A DNA stretch of 64,000 nt from Selaginella moellendorffii (GCF_000143415.4 NW_003314292.1:1495498-1559497); one strand, 5' to 3'; shown: positions 26,330 to 40,627, numbered from the stretch's first letter. Translations and numbers: made by a program. Notes: a model not told the origin generated them from the sequence alone.

Positions 26330-29300
26330 TTAAAGTTATAAATTTTTTGGTTCAAAAGCTACTAACACTCCCACTCAATTTGGGTCTGGACTTACTGCTC
26401 AGAGTGCTGCACAAGGTCTCCAATAGCTGGATCTGCATATAAGCTGCATATTTCCATAAGCTGGATAGTGCTATACCTCCATTAGCTGGATAAATGAAAC
26501 TCCAGTGTCTGGATTTATTTATCTGACAACTCCAAGAGTTGAAGTTTACTGCAATCAGCAATAAACTTCTCAAGAACTAACACCTTCGTGAGCAAGTCAG
26601 CTAGCTGCTCATAAGTAGTGCAAAACTGGAGAACAATCATGCCATGTAAAACTTGTTCTTGCACATAATGATATCGAAGTTGAATATTCATGAAACTTGG
26701 TTGTCTTGGTCAAAGTATAACACTGATATTATCACAGTAAAGTAGAGTCGGCTGATCCTGGGAAAAGCCAAGCTCTGACAGAAAGAGGCGCAACCATGCT
26801 GCTTCCTTACAGGTGGAGCAAGTTGTAATATACTCAGACTCTTTGGAAGATAAAGCTGTGACAGATTGGCACTTGTTCTACCTATTGAGGTATACCCTCT
26901 CTATGACATGATCTTAGGTGGCAGTAGTGTCACTTCACTGATCCAGGTATTCTTGATCATGTATATATATTTATGATATTATATACGACTATTCTTCGAG
27001 TCATCCTTGTCCATCTTAGCTTCCACTCTTCTTCTCTTCACTGCCAAGTAATAGCACTGCTGCCCAAAAAGAAAATATAGCCAAATGTAGACTTCCTGGT
27101 CTCAAAATCATCAGCCCAGTCGGCATCACAATATCCACGTAGCTGGAAGTCATCTAGGACAGAAGAATGAGGACAAAGGAGCGAATCCCTTGAGGATAGC
27201 GAATAATTCTCTTGATCGCTTGCCAATGTGCCATGCCTGGATTCTCAGAAAACTTGGCGACAATGCCCACTGCATGTGCTAGATCTGGACGAGTGCAGAC
27301 CAATACATGAGACTGCCCATGGCAGCTCAATAAGGAAAACGTTGCATAGCCTCACGATCAGCGGGAGTTTCAGGAGACTGACCAGAGGAGAGATGAAGAT
27401 CGATCTCCATAGGAGTAGAATCCTGCATCTGTAGAACCTCGTCAATGTATCGCTGATGAGATAGATAAAGATAGCCGCGAACTCTATCTCGCAAAATATG
27501 AAGGCCAAGACAATACTGAATCTCGCCTATATCATCCATCTCAAACTGATATGTGATCTCTGATTTAATCTCATGAAGAAAAGGCAGATTTTTGGAGACC
27601 AAGATTAAATCATCAACGTAAAGAGACAAGATCACAAGCAAGTCACCAAAGTGTTTGAAATAAACATTTTGATCAGCTGCATTTCGAGAGAAACCAATAT
27701 CTTGGTGAACCAAGCTAATAAGTTTGGCTCTTCGGGAAATCCGTTAGGCTGGGAAATAAAAATCTCTTCTTCTAAATCGCCATGCAGAAATGCTATACGC
27801 ACGTCCATTGATGGATTTCCCAATTGTACTGCGCTGCCAATGCCAACATGACTCGTATAGAGGCCATTCGAACCACTGGGGAGTAAGTGTCGGTGAAGTC
27901 AAGCCCTGCAATCTGTGTAAAGCAGCGTGCAACAAATCGGGCTTTGAAACGAATAACTTGATTGTTACCATTGCGCTTCACACGAAAGAGCCACTTCGTA
28001 CTCAAATCTGCTGGCTTGGAAACCAAAATCCAAGTGTTGTTGCGCATTAAAGAATTGTACTCAGAGTCCATGGCCACTCTCGAAGAAGAGGCATGTGGAC
28101 TTGATAACACTTCATCAACTGACTGTGGCTCAGGAATAGTTTCAGCATTAGCAAAATAAAAAGGTTAAACCTGAATAGTTATTAGAAGTATCATTTTGAG
28201 CTCGCGGCCGATCAGCATCATCCTGAGGTGGAATAGGAGGTGGTGGCGGCGGAGGCAGATTTATAGGTGGCGGTGGTGGGAGTGCTCCCACTAGAACTGG
28301 AACATCTGCTACTGGCCAGTCATCAACCAGCTGCCATTTTGCAAGGGTTGGCAGTTCAAGCTGCTTGAAAGGAAATATGTCTTCAAACACATGAACATAA
28401 AGAATTCTAAAGTCAATAAGCTTTAGTGTCATCTCCATAACCAACGAAAATTGCTTTGATAGTCCTAGAGGCAAGCTCGATCCAGATTTTTGGTATAAGC
28501 CAGACTACCAAAAACTACCAGACACTCCTTTGCATAATTTTTACAATAGTTACAACGACTAGGCCACCTCTTCTGTTTATTGGAGTTGCTCCCACTGGGA
28601 TTGCTTCCACTCTGACTTGCAGCAGGAATTGAAGTGGTAGAACCAGAAGGATGGGCCTCTTGAGTTATAAAGACTGTTGCCTTGGCTGCCTTTCTTGATG
28701 CCATACGTAAATTATGCTGCCATTGTTCCTCCTTGAGTGCAACACATATTTGAAGAAAGGTAAGCTTCATTTGCATACTCTGTAAAGACGTGCAGATCTG
28801 TTGGAAATGCTCGATATCTAGAATACCATTCAATAATGCTGCTCATTTGTCCACATTTGTGACGGTTTGCTTTGCTGCTCTAAGGTGAACCTCAATATAA
28901 TTTATATTGCTAATAAATTTCTCAATGCGTTCATGAGGATCCATCTCCATAGAAAAGAAATCCCCTTTCAGGGTCATAACATGCTCCTCTGTCTGTGCTC
29001 CAAGACTTTGGGATAAAGCAGTCCAATTCTCGCTGGAAGTCTTGGCACAATCAAGAAGATGAATTTACTGCTCACCAAGACCAATCCTGATTATGGAAAA
29101 GACTCGAATTTTCAATCCTGATCTAGCAGGTTCTGGCTCAATGCCTGCAACAATAGCATCACAATTATCTCGCACAAACATAACCTTCAACAGCGCTGCC
29201 CATGTGTGGAATTCTCCCTTGTAGACAGGGATAAGGCGCTACTCCACAATGGCACCACTGCTGCTGCTCGCCATGTGACTGCGAACATGCAACAATCTCT

Positions 29301-29462
29301 TGCGATTGATACAGTGCCGGAGATTGCAGGAAGCACGGTCTACCATTCACAGCTCTGATACCATGATGATACTGCTAAAGAGCATCTTGATCTATTACAC
29401 CCTAGGTACAGAGGAACAGAACCTGCCTATGTGGCATAGAGCCAGTGACTAAGCTATTAACA
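26330..29462 (-). mobile_element. Ty1/Copia LTR retrotransposon, internally deleted
   Basis: RNase H GYCDADWADDFETRKSTFGYIFFLG, RT SLYVDDL / FLHGDLEEEIF / RFKARFVAR, gag CNYCK; PBS complement gctctgatacca 29352-29363; 5' LTR 29364-29462; 3' LTR remnant ending gctactaaca (26367) followed by PPT complement ctcccactcaa. Confidence 0.93.
26883..27040. mobile_element. Solo LTR (158 bp) nested in Copia RNase H
   Basis: Removing it restores ..SAITWQ|NKCQSVTALSS..; TA..CA ends (decayed TG..CA); TSD ctacc/ctgcc. Confidence 0.65.
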
Positions 29463-31080
29463 TTGAAAGCCTGCTCAATATCATCCCTGGGCGCGACGAC
29501 ATGAAATCTTTTCTATCCGACTTTTGAGAGATTGTGCTGCCCAAATGCTTATCCAAGAGCGCTACTGAAGGAGTCATCATGGAACTTCCATGATGGAAGT
29601 TCTTCAGCAAGTCGAATCGGCCATGCAATATCATCATGGGCCGGGGGCAAAGTATTGGAAGTTCAAGATTGTAATATGTTACACAGTTGCAGGCCAATTG
29701 ACCTGGATTGTTAGACACTAGATTAGGATAATAAGATAAAAAAAGGCTTTATAATCAAATGATCACCCCTTTAGCCAATTAGTATAAAGTGTAAAGGATA
29801 GAATTTTAACAGCGAATGAGGCTTGATTTCTTAGTGGTACTACAATGCAATGGCAATGCAGTTCCAGCAAATCTGGGACACCTGCTGAGGGATTGTGCTG
29901 CCCAAACACTTATTGAAGAGTGCTACCAAAGGAGTCACCATGGAACTTCCATGATGGAAGTTCTTCAGCAAGTTGAATCAGCCGCACAGTATCATCATGG
30001 GCCAGGGGCAAAGTATCGGAAGCTCAAGATTGTGGTATGCTACGCAGCTATAGGCCAGTTCGGCCAGTTTTTCATGCTCTAAGCAAGAAGCATACGTGAT
30101 TCACTGAGAAAACTCTGTTTTCTAACGTTCTTTTGGCGCAGGGAGTCCTCACGCCAGTGACTGACGTGCTGGATGTGACTAAGCAAGCTCTACTTCTTGT
30201 TGCTATGAATGGATGTGAGCGTGGCCGCTGAAACCCCGTGAGTGATGAACAAGCTCGCACCAATTCGGTACTGACTAGATCATTTCAGGCCTCCACTTGA
30301 TACGTTTGTTCCCCATGGTCACTGCGAAATCAAGCTCATGCGTGAAGAGAATCGTAGACTTCGAAGCGTATTCTGCTGAGCACGAGGTCTGTCTTGCCGG
30401 TCTCGAGGCTGCTTACATGGCTGCCATAGAAGATAGCGGACATATGATCAGTAGCGTGTTCGGGCCTACACTTGAGTCCAAGGAGGTAGAACTCATGCGC
30501 GAGGCCGTCCCGAAGCACACGTGCTCTTCTGATATCTCGGAATCATCAGAACGATCTTCTTCATCAGACAGTAGCAGCAGCAATGGCAGCAGGAGGGAGA
30601 TTGGCAAGTGATCAAGGCGATGAAGGCGGTCTACAAGGTGGAAACTCTACCGCTCTGTGCGAAGAAATAGCCTGACAACAGGGAGGACATGCGCAACATG
30701 GCGTACGGAGTTTTGTGAGGATTGAAAGCAAGCTTTCTCAACTTTCTTTCCTTCTGTTTTTGATCTTAGTGTCTGTCTCATCCTTGTTTATAAACTTTCG
30801 GGCTTGGTGCACAGGATCATGTGTACTCGAAAGAGAATTAAAGAGAAGTACGTGCCAGCGTTTCGATTTAAAGGCTGGATCGCGACAATGCTGGAGTCCA
30901 ACTGGCGTTACACAATTGAATCCGACTTCCATCAACTCGGACTTGTGCTCCAGTCTACTGAAGTCGAACCAAAGAGCAAGGACTGCTTGGAGTTCATCCA
31001 TTTTCTCTTGAGCAGACCTCAGGCGACCACTGCTAAAAGCCTTCTCGAACACAAGTGGATCTTGCGAGTTCCCTGAAAAA
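29463..31080 (+). pseudogene. CRN-like pseudogene (unit 4) with internal duplication
   Basis: Two LKIVICYAA segments plus kinase C-terminus VPAFRFKGWIATMLESNWRYTIESDFHQLGLVL..LLEHKWI. Confidence 0.65.
29709..29811 (+). mobile_element. Decayed LTR of the TRIM family
   Basis: Aligns along its length to 17223-17326 with mainly G>A and C>T changes. Confidence 0.8.
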
Positions 31081-31615
31081 ATACCTAGAATATGCTAAGA
31101 ATATGCCATAGAAGAATTAGGGCTGACGTAGATTGCCTATCCTTAGAATATGCTTTGAACTCAATCGACGAGGATGAGCGAGTCTACGTCGCCGATGTAG
31201 CAATGTACGGTATTTTATCATGCCCTAAAAGCATATGCGTAAAGAATATGAAACGATACCTGATTTTTTTCAAAGTCATGTATGATTTTTTTCAAAGTCA
31301 TGTAGACTACTGTACCGAAGGAGGCTTGGCGTTTTCTGCACCGAATGCGTTTAAATGCGTTTCCTGGACCGAACTCGTGTTCTGCACTAAACTAATTCAT
31401 CAGAACGCTCAATCCACCTAATCACGTTTTGTTTTTAGACCGGGTATACTGCATTTTTGAGGGTATATGTATGACGAAGTCATGCAGCACGTGCTGCGAT
31501 GAGCTATACTTTCATTTTGGTTAACCATGTTTTCTGCAATAAACTAACTCGTTTAGCCCATTATAAAAATGGAGTCTTCTTCTGGTGTACATACCTCTTC
31601 TGAAGGTGAATTGCA

Positions 31616-32638
31616 ATGGCAACCATGGCGACAATGCAGGGAGCCTTCGGTTCATTGAAGGAGATTGGTGACATTGTGGGGAATTTTGATTTCAGCAAGG
31701 TAAAGTGGAACCTGTCTTGCCCAAAGCAGTGCTTAACTCCTTGTGGAATGCTCCAGATTGATGTGCGTTCCAAGAGTGCTGAGGATTACCTCCACACCAA
31801 CTTGGCACCATCGTTTGGGGGATTGAATGCAGAAACAGTGAAGAAGATGGATGAGGTTCTCAAAGTTTGCATCTCGGGAACCACCACTCTTCTCGCCAAA
31901 GTGGCACCGAAAGAGCGAACTTGGGAGAAGGTCAACTCCATGTTCATGCAAAACCCCCTGGTTGAGCCAATGGGCGATGGGATTAGCAGAGCTGACAAGT
32001 TTCTCAACAAAAGCTCTAACGACTTCAAGTTTGACGGGTCACCGGATGCAGCTATTGTGAAAGCGGTAATAGAAGTTATGTATTATAGAAGAGCTCTATT
32101 AACCTTTGCGGCCTTCTCTCGTCACAGGTTCAGACCTGGTTTGTGAATCTCATTGCAGATGAGGACGTCCTGAAATCAACCAAGATCGACATTGAAGTTC
32201 TTGGGCGCATTGTTGCTCAGTCAGGGGCGACCATTAACAGCTTTGAAACTTTCTTTGCCAAGCATGAGCACCACGAGAAGACCATAATTGACATTGACAT
32301 AATTAAGGTACCCTGATATGCAAAACCCGTACTTCAAGGTTTGTGCCCAGGCTGCCCTTTGTATTTCAGTCACAGCTCGTGTATTTGAGCAGGTGTACCG
32401 CATCAAACTCTTTACTTGGTCTGATAGCAACCGTATTCTGTTCCATCAGGAGGATTCCAATGGCATCACTGGAGGTGAGGTGTCTAATGTAAACCACTGA
32501 AAACTGCACGGTCCTTTTGTTCTATTTGCAGAGTTCACCTTCCGTAAGTTTAAGCCACGCAAGGAGGTCATTGACAAGATGAACCCAGACGCCAAAAAGA
32601 AGGCTGTGGAAGCTGCAGATAACATCTTTGTGTTCTAA
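31616..32638 (+). pseudogene. Gene X copy 4 (full length, +1 frameshift in exon 3)
   Basis: All exons present, but attgacataattaagg (16 nt) replaces atcggggtcttaagg (15 nt) near 32290. Confidence 0.75.
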
Positions 32639-33825
32639 TATCCAGGCTATGTCAATCGAGCCAAGATGCCCCGTGCTTCAAGCTAAAACATCTTTCTAAA
32701 TAATAATCAAGTCCCTCATGACTTTCATTTACTGAAAATAACAGTTTTTATATTTTTTAATCTCAATTTCTGAAAGAGACAATCAGGAAAACAACGACTT
32801 CATAGACCTGGAACGACAAACTGCAATAAAAGTAATAAATATCTAAAAGCTACATGCTTTGGATTCCAAGTACTTTTGTCAATGTAGCAAATTTTTGCCG
32901 TCCACTGGAACATTGAAAGGTGATGATAAGTTTATCTATCTATCTATATACTGTTTATAGTCTTGTGGTGCTCATCAAGAAGCATAAGTATTCTTTGTGA
33001 TATATTAATAAAAGGAAACATGAGTTCATTATCATTGTCTCGTTGGTCTCTGTAGATTCTTTGCGCTCAAGGTTACCACAAGTTAGCCAGGGACAAGTTG
33101 ATGGCTTGGCTGTGAGTGCCATTTGGCTCTCCATCTGGTGCCGGATTTTCCCATCCTGTTGCTTTGATGCAAACGACCCCAGGAACACTGTCGCAATAAT
33201 ATTGTAGAGCAACAAGGTCTCTCAGACAAGGTAATATCTAAATTGAGTTTGACAAGGAACAAAACTTCGAGAATAGAACTTCAGAGAATGCTACTGGGCG
33301 TTTTTGTTGCAAACGGCTTGGCACAGCGCAGCCAGTGCTGATGGGAACAAGGCAAAGGGAGGCCCTCAAAACCATCGAGCTTTTCCTCCTGTAACTCACG
33401 AACTTTGTCACGAGCATATTGTAAGTTTTCTTTGGCAAATGCTTGCGTACTGATCAGTTGTTTCAGGCTATTTCGGCAGCGCATCACAGGTGTGACATCT
33501 CCTGCTATGATCCTAGAGATCTACTCCGGGAGTAGATTTCTCGCTCGTTCAAGACGATCCAGATGTTAAGGCAGTTGTAAATTTTTAGATTAATTGTTCC
33601 TAGTGTTCCTCTAACATGGCACTGTTTGGGTTTGAAATCTAGTAAGCTAAATGCGCAGGCCATGCATTTTGTACAATGTATCCAATCTTTCCAAAACAAC
33701 AATTCCCTTTTTTCTTTTCTTACTTTCTTGTCCAGCTGAGAACACAGGTTTGTCTAGCTCAAGCATGAGTCGTTCTGACATGATTGAATTTATCCTTGCT
33801 CATATTTACGACCACAATCTAAAGT

Positions 33826-35198
33826 GATGCTTGCCTTCCATGCAAGCCTCGCAATCCCCTAAACCATGAAGTCAGTCCAAATCACAAGCAGTAACAAGGT
33901 TCTGCTTGACAATGGGGTACATGTCCAAAGCGGCGGTGCCACAGCAACATATGCAACTCTCTTGTTAAGAAAATTCGGAAAGGTGGGATCATTATAGCAT
34001 CTAGCTTGTAAATACTGGCATATCTGCTTCCATACATAGACTCGCAGAGTGATAGAAATACCATTGGGATCGCCAGAAAGATGATAACGATGCATCCAAG
34101 GAAAGTAAATTCTCTGTCAACTCGGAAACATAAAAGACATTTTCTATAAGTCAAGTCTCGCCATTCTTGAGCTGGACCATCATGGTGCCAACGCCCTTGG
34201 CCTCATAAAAGCGTCCTCCAGCAGCACGAATGCGCTTACCAGTCAGAATCTCACTATAAGTCTGATAAACATCCTTGAACAGCATGACATGAAATGCTGC
34301 AGCAGTGTTGAGCTAAAGAATTTCTGACTCCAAGGGACCATAGCTTGCCATATATGCACAAGATTGTGTGGAATTATTTGCACTTTGGCTAGCACGGTCA
34401 GGAGGAACATCCTTGCCTGAGGCGATATCAGCAGCCTTTAGGACACTCCTTTGCGTAATTGCAAGGCTTACAACGACTAGGCCACCTCTTCTGTTTATTG
34501 GAGTTGCTCCCACTGGGATTGCTTCCACTCCGACTCACAGCAGGAATTGAAGTGGTAGAACCAGAAGGATAGGCCTCTTGAGCTATAAAGACTGTTGCCT
34601 TGGCTGCCTTTCCTGATGCCATACGTAAATTATGCTGCCATTGTTCCTCCTTGAGTGCAACACATATTTGAAGAAAGGTAAGCTTCATTTGCATACTCTG
34701 TAAAGACGTGCAGATCTGTTGGAAATGCTCAATATCTAGAATACCATTCAATAATGCTGCTCGTTTGTCCACATCTGTGAGGCAAACCTCAATATAATTT
34801 ATATCATTGACAAATTTCTCAATGGGTTCACGCCCTTTCAAGGTCACAACATGCTCCTCTGTCTGTGCCCCAAGAATTTGGGATAAAGCAGTCCAATTCT
34901 CGCTGGAAATCTTGGCACAATCAAGAAGATGAATTTACTGCTCACCAAAGACCAATCTTGATTATGGAAAAGACTCACTTTTTTCGAATTTTCCAATCAC
35001 GCTACTCCACAATGGCGCCCTGCTGCTGCTTGCCATATGACTGCGAACATGCAACAATCTCCCATGATTAATACAGAGATCGCGGGAAGCATGGTGTACC
35101 ATTCACAGCTCTGATACCATGATGATACTGCTAAAGAGCATCTTACACCCTAGGTATAGAGGAACAGAACCTGCCTATGTGGCATAGAGCTACTAACA
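33826..35198 (-). mobile_element. Second copy of the Copia element (5' LTR, gag, pre-integrase region)
   Basis: LTR 35120-35198, PBS complement 35108-35119, gag LLNGILDIEHFQQICTSL, LWHRRFGH motif; same host junction (..taaca|tcctgaaagcc) as the first copy. Confidence 0.88.
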
Positions 35199-35325
35199 TC
35201 CTGAAAGCCTGCTCCTTATTGTCTTTGGGCACGACGACATGAAAGCTTTTCTTTCTGACTTTGATAGGGAACATCTCGACATGATGTCCCCCCTCCTCCA
35301 TAGATGAGTTATTTGATGTCCCAAA

Positions 35326-35429
35326 TGTTAGGCACCAAGTCAAAATAATAGAATAAAAAAAAGGCCTTAAAATCAAGTGATTAGCCCTTTAATCAATTAG
35401 CATAAGATGTAAGGGATAAAATCCTAACA
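35326..35429 (+). mobile_element. Decayed LTR of the TRIM family
   Basis: tgttaggcacc..atcctaaca aligns to 17223-17326. Confidence 0.82.
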
Positions 35430-35708
35430 ATGAATAAGGTTTAGTTCTTTAGTGGTTGGGGAGAAGTACTACAATGTGGTGGCAATGCAGTTCCAGTGAA
35501 TCTGGGACATGCTGAAAGATTGTCCTGCTCAAATGCTTATCGAAGAGTGCTATCAAAAAAGTCATCATGGAACTTCCAAGATGGAAGTTCTTCAGCAAGT
35601 TGAATCAGCCACACAACATCATTGGGGCAAAGCATCTGAAGCTCAAGATTATGATATGCTATGCAACTGTAAGCTAGTTGACTAAAGGGTGGCCTCAATA
35701 TAATTGGG

Positions 35709-35798
35709 TGTTAAGCACCATGCCAAGATAATAGGATAAAGAAAGGGCTTTACAATCAAATAATCACCCCTTTAGCCAATTAGGATAGGATCCTAACA
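35709..35798 (+). mobile_element. Decayed LTR of the TRIM family
   Basis: tgttaagcacc..gatcctaaca, preceded by a short TRIM-internal-like ggtggcctcaatata. Confidence 0.8.
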
Positions 35799-37245
35799 GC
35801 TAATGAAACTTGGTTCCTTGGTGGCCAAGGAGTACTACAATGCAATGGCAATGCAGTTCCAGTGAATCTAGGACCTGCTGAGAGATTGTGCTGCCCAAAC
35901 ACTTATCGAAGAGTGCTACCAAAGGAGTCATCATGGAACTTCCATGATGGAAGTTCTTCAGCAAGTCGAATCGGCCACGCAATATCATCATGGGGCAGGG
36001 GAAAAGTATCAGAAGCTCAAGATTGTGATATGCTACACAGCTGCAGGGCAGTTCGGCCAGTTTTTCATGCTCCAAGCAAGAAGCATACGTGATTCACTGA
36101 GAAAACTCTGTTTTCTAACGTTCTTTTGGCGTAGGGAGTCCTCATGCCAGTGACTGACGTGCTGGATGGACTGAGCAAGCTCTACTTCTTGTTGCTATGA
36201 ATGGATGTGAGCGTGGCCGCTGAAACCCTGTGAGTGATGAACAAGCTCGCACCGATTCCGTACTGAGTAGATCATTTCAGGCCTCCACTTGATACGTTTG
36301 TTCCCCATGGTCACTGCGAAATGAAGAGAATCATAGACTTCGAAGTGTATTCTTCCGAGCACGAGGTCTGTCTTGCTGGTCTCGAGGCCGCTTACATCGC
36401 CGCCATAGAAGCTGGAGGACATATGATCAGTAGCGTGTTTGGGCCTACACTTGAGTCCAAGGAGGTAGAACTCATGCGCGAGGTGACTCTCTCTGCCATC
36501 CCGAAGCACACGTCCTCTCGCTTAGGTTCTGATATCTCGGAATCATCAGAACGATCTTCTTCATCAGACAGTAGCAGCGGCAGTGGCGGCAGGAGGAGAA
36601 AGAGAGCGAGACTGGCGACGGTCACCAAGAGCACGGAAGTGATCAAGGCGATGAAGGCGGTCTACGAGGTGGAAACTCTACCGCTCTGTGTGAAGAAATA
36701 CCCCAACAACGAGGAGGACATGTGCGACATGGCGTATGAGGATTGAAAGCTTTGCACAAAGATGGTAAGCTTTCTTAATTTTCTTTTCTTCTAGTGTCTG
36801 TCTCATCCTGCACAAGATCATGTATGACTACTCGAAAGAGAAGTACGTGCTGATCGATCTGGAGAGCGTCAGCAAGAATGAAGAAGTGCCAGCGTTTCGA
36901 TTTAAAGGCTGGATCGCGACAAGGCTGGAGGCCGACTGGCGCTACACGATTTAATCCGACTTCCATCAACTCGGACTCGTGCTCCAGTCTACAGAAGTCA
37001 AGGACTGCTTGCTCTTGAGCAGGCCTCAGACGACCAGGGCTAAAAGGCTTCTCGAACACAAGTGGATCTCGCGAGTACACAGAATAAGAATATGCCATAG
37101 AAGAATTAGGGCGGACGTGGATTATACTACCTTAGAATTTAGGGCTGACGTAGATTATGCCTATCCTTAGAATCTGCTTTAAACTCAAACGAATTTTAGG
37201 GCACGACAGACTATTCCTCCTTGGAAATGCGCGGGGACGAGGAGG

Positions 37246-38630
37246 ATGAGCGATCCCGGGGCGTCGGGCTACGTCGTGCTGCTGCGGCGATGCATCGCGG
37301 GCAGGGATCTGGAGGGCGGCCGGCGATTGCACGCGCAGATCGTCCGCTCTGGCTGGCACACCGATCTCTTCGCCGCCAATCTCCTCATCCAGATGTATGG
37401 CGCCTGCCGCTCCATTGCCAGCGCCATGGCCGTCTTCCGCGAGCTCCGCGTCCGCAACCTCTTCACCATCAACATCACCATCGCCGCGCTTGCCCAGAAC
37501 GGCTGCTTCCGCGACGCGCGATCCCTGTTCGTGGAATCCCCCCGCCGCGACGTCATCACCTGGAACTCGATGCTCACCATCGCCGCACAGCGCCTCCGGA
37601 TCGGCGAGGCGCGGGAGGTCTTCGCGCGGATGCCTGCCCGGGGCGTCGTCTCGGCGAACGCGATGATCGCAGCATTTGCCCAATGCGGGCAAATTCGCGA
37701 AGCCCAGGAGTTCTTCCGCAACGCCATGGCCGAGAGGGACGTCTCGAGATGGAAAAATCTCCTCCACGCCTGCGTCTCCTCCGGGGAGGTCGATCTCGCG
37801 CGATCGGTCTTCGATGCTATGCCTCACTGGGATTGTGTCGCGTGGTTGAGCATGATCCAGGGCTACGCCGAGCGCTGATGCACAACGCCGAGGAGCTCTT
37901 CCTCGCGCTGGATCATCCGGATCTCATGTCCATCACGTCCATGATCGCGGGCTATGGATCCGTGGGGAAGATCGACCAGGCGAGGGAGCTCTTCTCGCGG
38001 ATGAAGCACTGCAACACCGTTGCCTGGAACGTGATGATCCAGGCGCTGAGGAGGCGCGGCAGGCATTCGATTCGATGACGGCGCCGAGGAATCTCTCGTC
38101 CTGGAACACGATCATCTCGGCCTACGCACAGGCGGGGCTGGTGGATCGCGCGAGGGAGCTCTTCGATCAAACCCTGGACAAGAACGTGGTGACCTGGACG
38201 GCGGTGATGCACGCGGCAGCTCCGCAAGGCGCGATCGATCCTCGACGCCATGCCGACGCGATCCAGCTCTTCCGGATCATGGATCTTGAGACGATCGTGA
38301 GCGTGCTTTTCGCGGCCACAGCGATCCAAGATCCATCACTGGCGCACCACATCCTGCCCGATATCCGCCACAGCGCCTCTACCGCGAGGGTGCGGTGGGG
38401 AATTCCCTCGTCCATCTCTTCAGCCGATCGGGGCGGCTGGACGACGCGCGCGAGATCTTCCAGGGAATGATCGACAGAGCACGGTTTCTTGGAATATCGC
38501 CATCACGGCCACGGCCAAGGCCGGCACGGCCGATCGGCGCTCCAGCTGCTGGAATCCATGGCGCTCGACGGTTGCGCGCTCGACGGTTGCGCGCCCGACG
38601 CGATCACATTCTCGTGCCACATTGGATCGA
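37246..38630 (+). pseudogene. PPR pseudogene (unit 5)
   Basis: First 210 codons are open, then deletions and frameshifts relative to the intact copy. Confidence 0.88.
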
Positions 38631-40410
38631 GCGTGCCTTGGTACCTATAGTTTCATAATAAAAACCATTACATTCTAGAAAATGCATTTAAAAAAAAAAG
38701 TGCTTACTTCATTGGATGAATGGAAAGAAACAGAAGCCTCATTCCCAGATGCATCTCTCCAGATATGACAGACATGACGAGGTAGTAGCAAAAGATTGCA
38801 AACGCAGTGGTTCCTAACAAGCCTGGAAGGAAGGAAACTATTCAGATCTAGAGATCGCATCGACAGAAAGTACCCCCAACACTGTCAAGCTGAATAAAGA
38901 CTTGATTCAGAAACGGAAAAGCTGGAGGATTGGCAAGCATGAAAACAATGATGTGGAGAAGCCAAAGTATAGACAAAGCCAAACTGCAACAAGAGAAATA
39001 ATAAGACTGAATCTTTTTTTCAAGGACTTTCTTACCCGAAAATGCCAAAAACAAGCTTGGCTAAGTAGAAGAGAACCGTCCTGAGAGAAAACTAGCAGTA
39101 GAATCATAAATGGTAAACTAGAACGGTACCTTCTCTCCCTGTGGGAATGCCTCGTTCAGAGCTTCAACATCATCTTCCAAAAAGACAAGCTCCTGAATCG
39201 AGCTACACATATGCGTTTGTCAACACGATCACGTCCACCATTTACTTTTGTTTCTGTGTGCAGTGGTGCTCACCTGCTGGACTTTCTTCACATTTTGTCG
39301 AAACTTCCGTCCTTTCTTCCCACCTCTCTCTTCGCGTTGGAGGCCGAAAGTCGCCGTTTTTAGCTCGTTAGAGCACTTGGCTAGATCACCTTGAAGATAT
39401 TAGTTGCAAGAAACGAGAACAACTCACACACACACCTTTACGTATTGAGCACGAGTAATAACACACTTGGGCCTATACTTGAACGCAAATATGAGGCTCA
39501 CTGGTCATGTTGCCATTCCAACACCTCCAAACATCTGCAGGAAGGAAATCAGATCTTCTAGAAAACAACACATAAAACGACATTACCATGAAGAGTATTG
39601 ATCCTATTATTGTGTTTAATGTGATCACGTAAGTTGGGAAGGGCGCACGCACAGACCACGTAGTTTTAACCAGAGATCCAGACATATAAGCTGCACACTG
39701 TCACACAATGTTGTCAGATCAATGAAGAAAGGGAAAATGTAAAAGAAAAGGCTTACCATGAGAGTAACATTAGAAAACAATGAGAAACCAGCCGAAACCA
39801 AGCACGAAGCCTTTGCATTGAGCGAGCTAAAATCATTAATGAACGCCATCGTTGTGGATGAAAGACTTCTCATGGTGAAATCGGCATAACCAATAACAGC
39901 TTCAAGCAATCACGTAGAAAAAGGGTTTAAGAACAAAAGATGGAAAAGAGCTTCTTACCATAGAGAATTCCCAAAAGGAGGCAGAAAACTGTGAGGAGTA
40001 TCACCACCCACAAGAGAGCGTTCTTTACCCTTTGTGTCACAGTCCTGGAAATCACCACGAACAAAGAAAGCTTTTGAGATCATGGAGGAATAGAAAGAAC
40101 TTAAGAAACTCTAGGAGGAGCTCGGTCGATCGAGTATTCTAAGAACAAGAACAAAAAGATGGAAGATTACTTCTCCTGATCGCTCTCGTAGAAGAAGATC
40201 GCGAAAGGAATGACGAGCACAGTGTCGATGATGTAAACCGCCCACCATAGCTGCTTCATCGGGAGAGTGAGCTTACACGCCCCGACGTAGAGATTCTTCT
40301 CGCAGGAATGGCGATTCGCGACGTCCGCCGGGAGCATCAGGATCGAGAGTTGGGCAATGCTGAGCCCAATCACGACGATGATCTTGGGAAGATAGGCCTG
40401 ATTCTGGAGC
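38630..40410 (-). pseudogene. LIMR fragment (unit 5)
   Basis: LSILMLPADVANRHSCEKNLYVGACKLTLPMKQLWW..FFYESDQEK. Confidence 0.8.
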
Positions 40411-40627
40411 GCGTGATGCCGGGGATCCAGCGTCTCGAGGAGCTGGAGAACGGGGAGCGAATGAATAACATTCTCGAGATATTCTCAGAGAACAAATAGT
40501 TTGTTTTTTGAGCCAACCTTTGGCACTCAATCTTTGCCACCCAGTCCAATTCCATCGACATCCTGATTGGGACAAGCCAATTCTAAGATTTTTCACTCCA
40601 TGACAGGAGGCACCTCTTAACTTAAGG

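Larger units (their letters stand above)
35199..37085 (+). pseudogene. CRN-like pseudogene (unit 5)
   Basis: Same peptides as the other CRN copies; contains two TRIM LTRs. Confidence 0.65.

Noticed and set aside
28148-28474. Proline-rich ORF as an extensin-like gene
   Set aside because: Lies in the variable integrase-RT linker of the Copia element.
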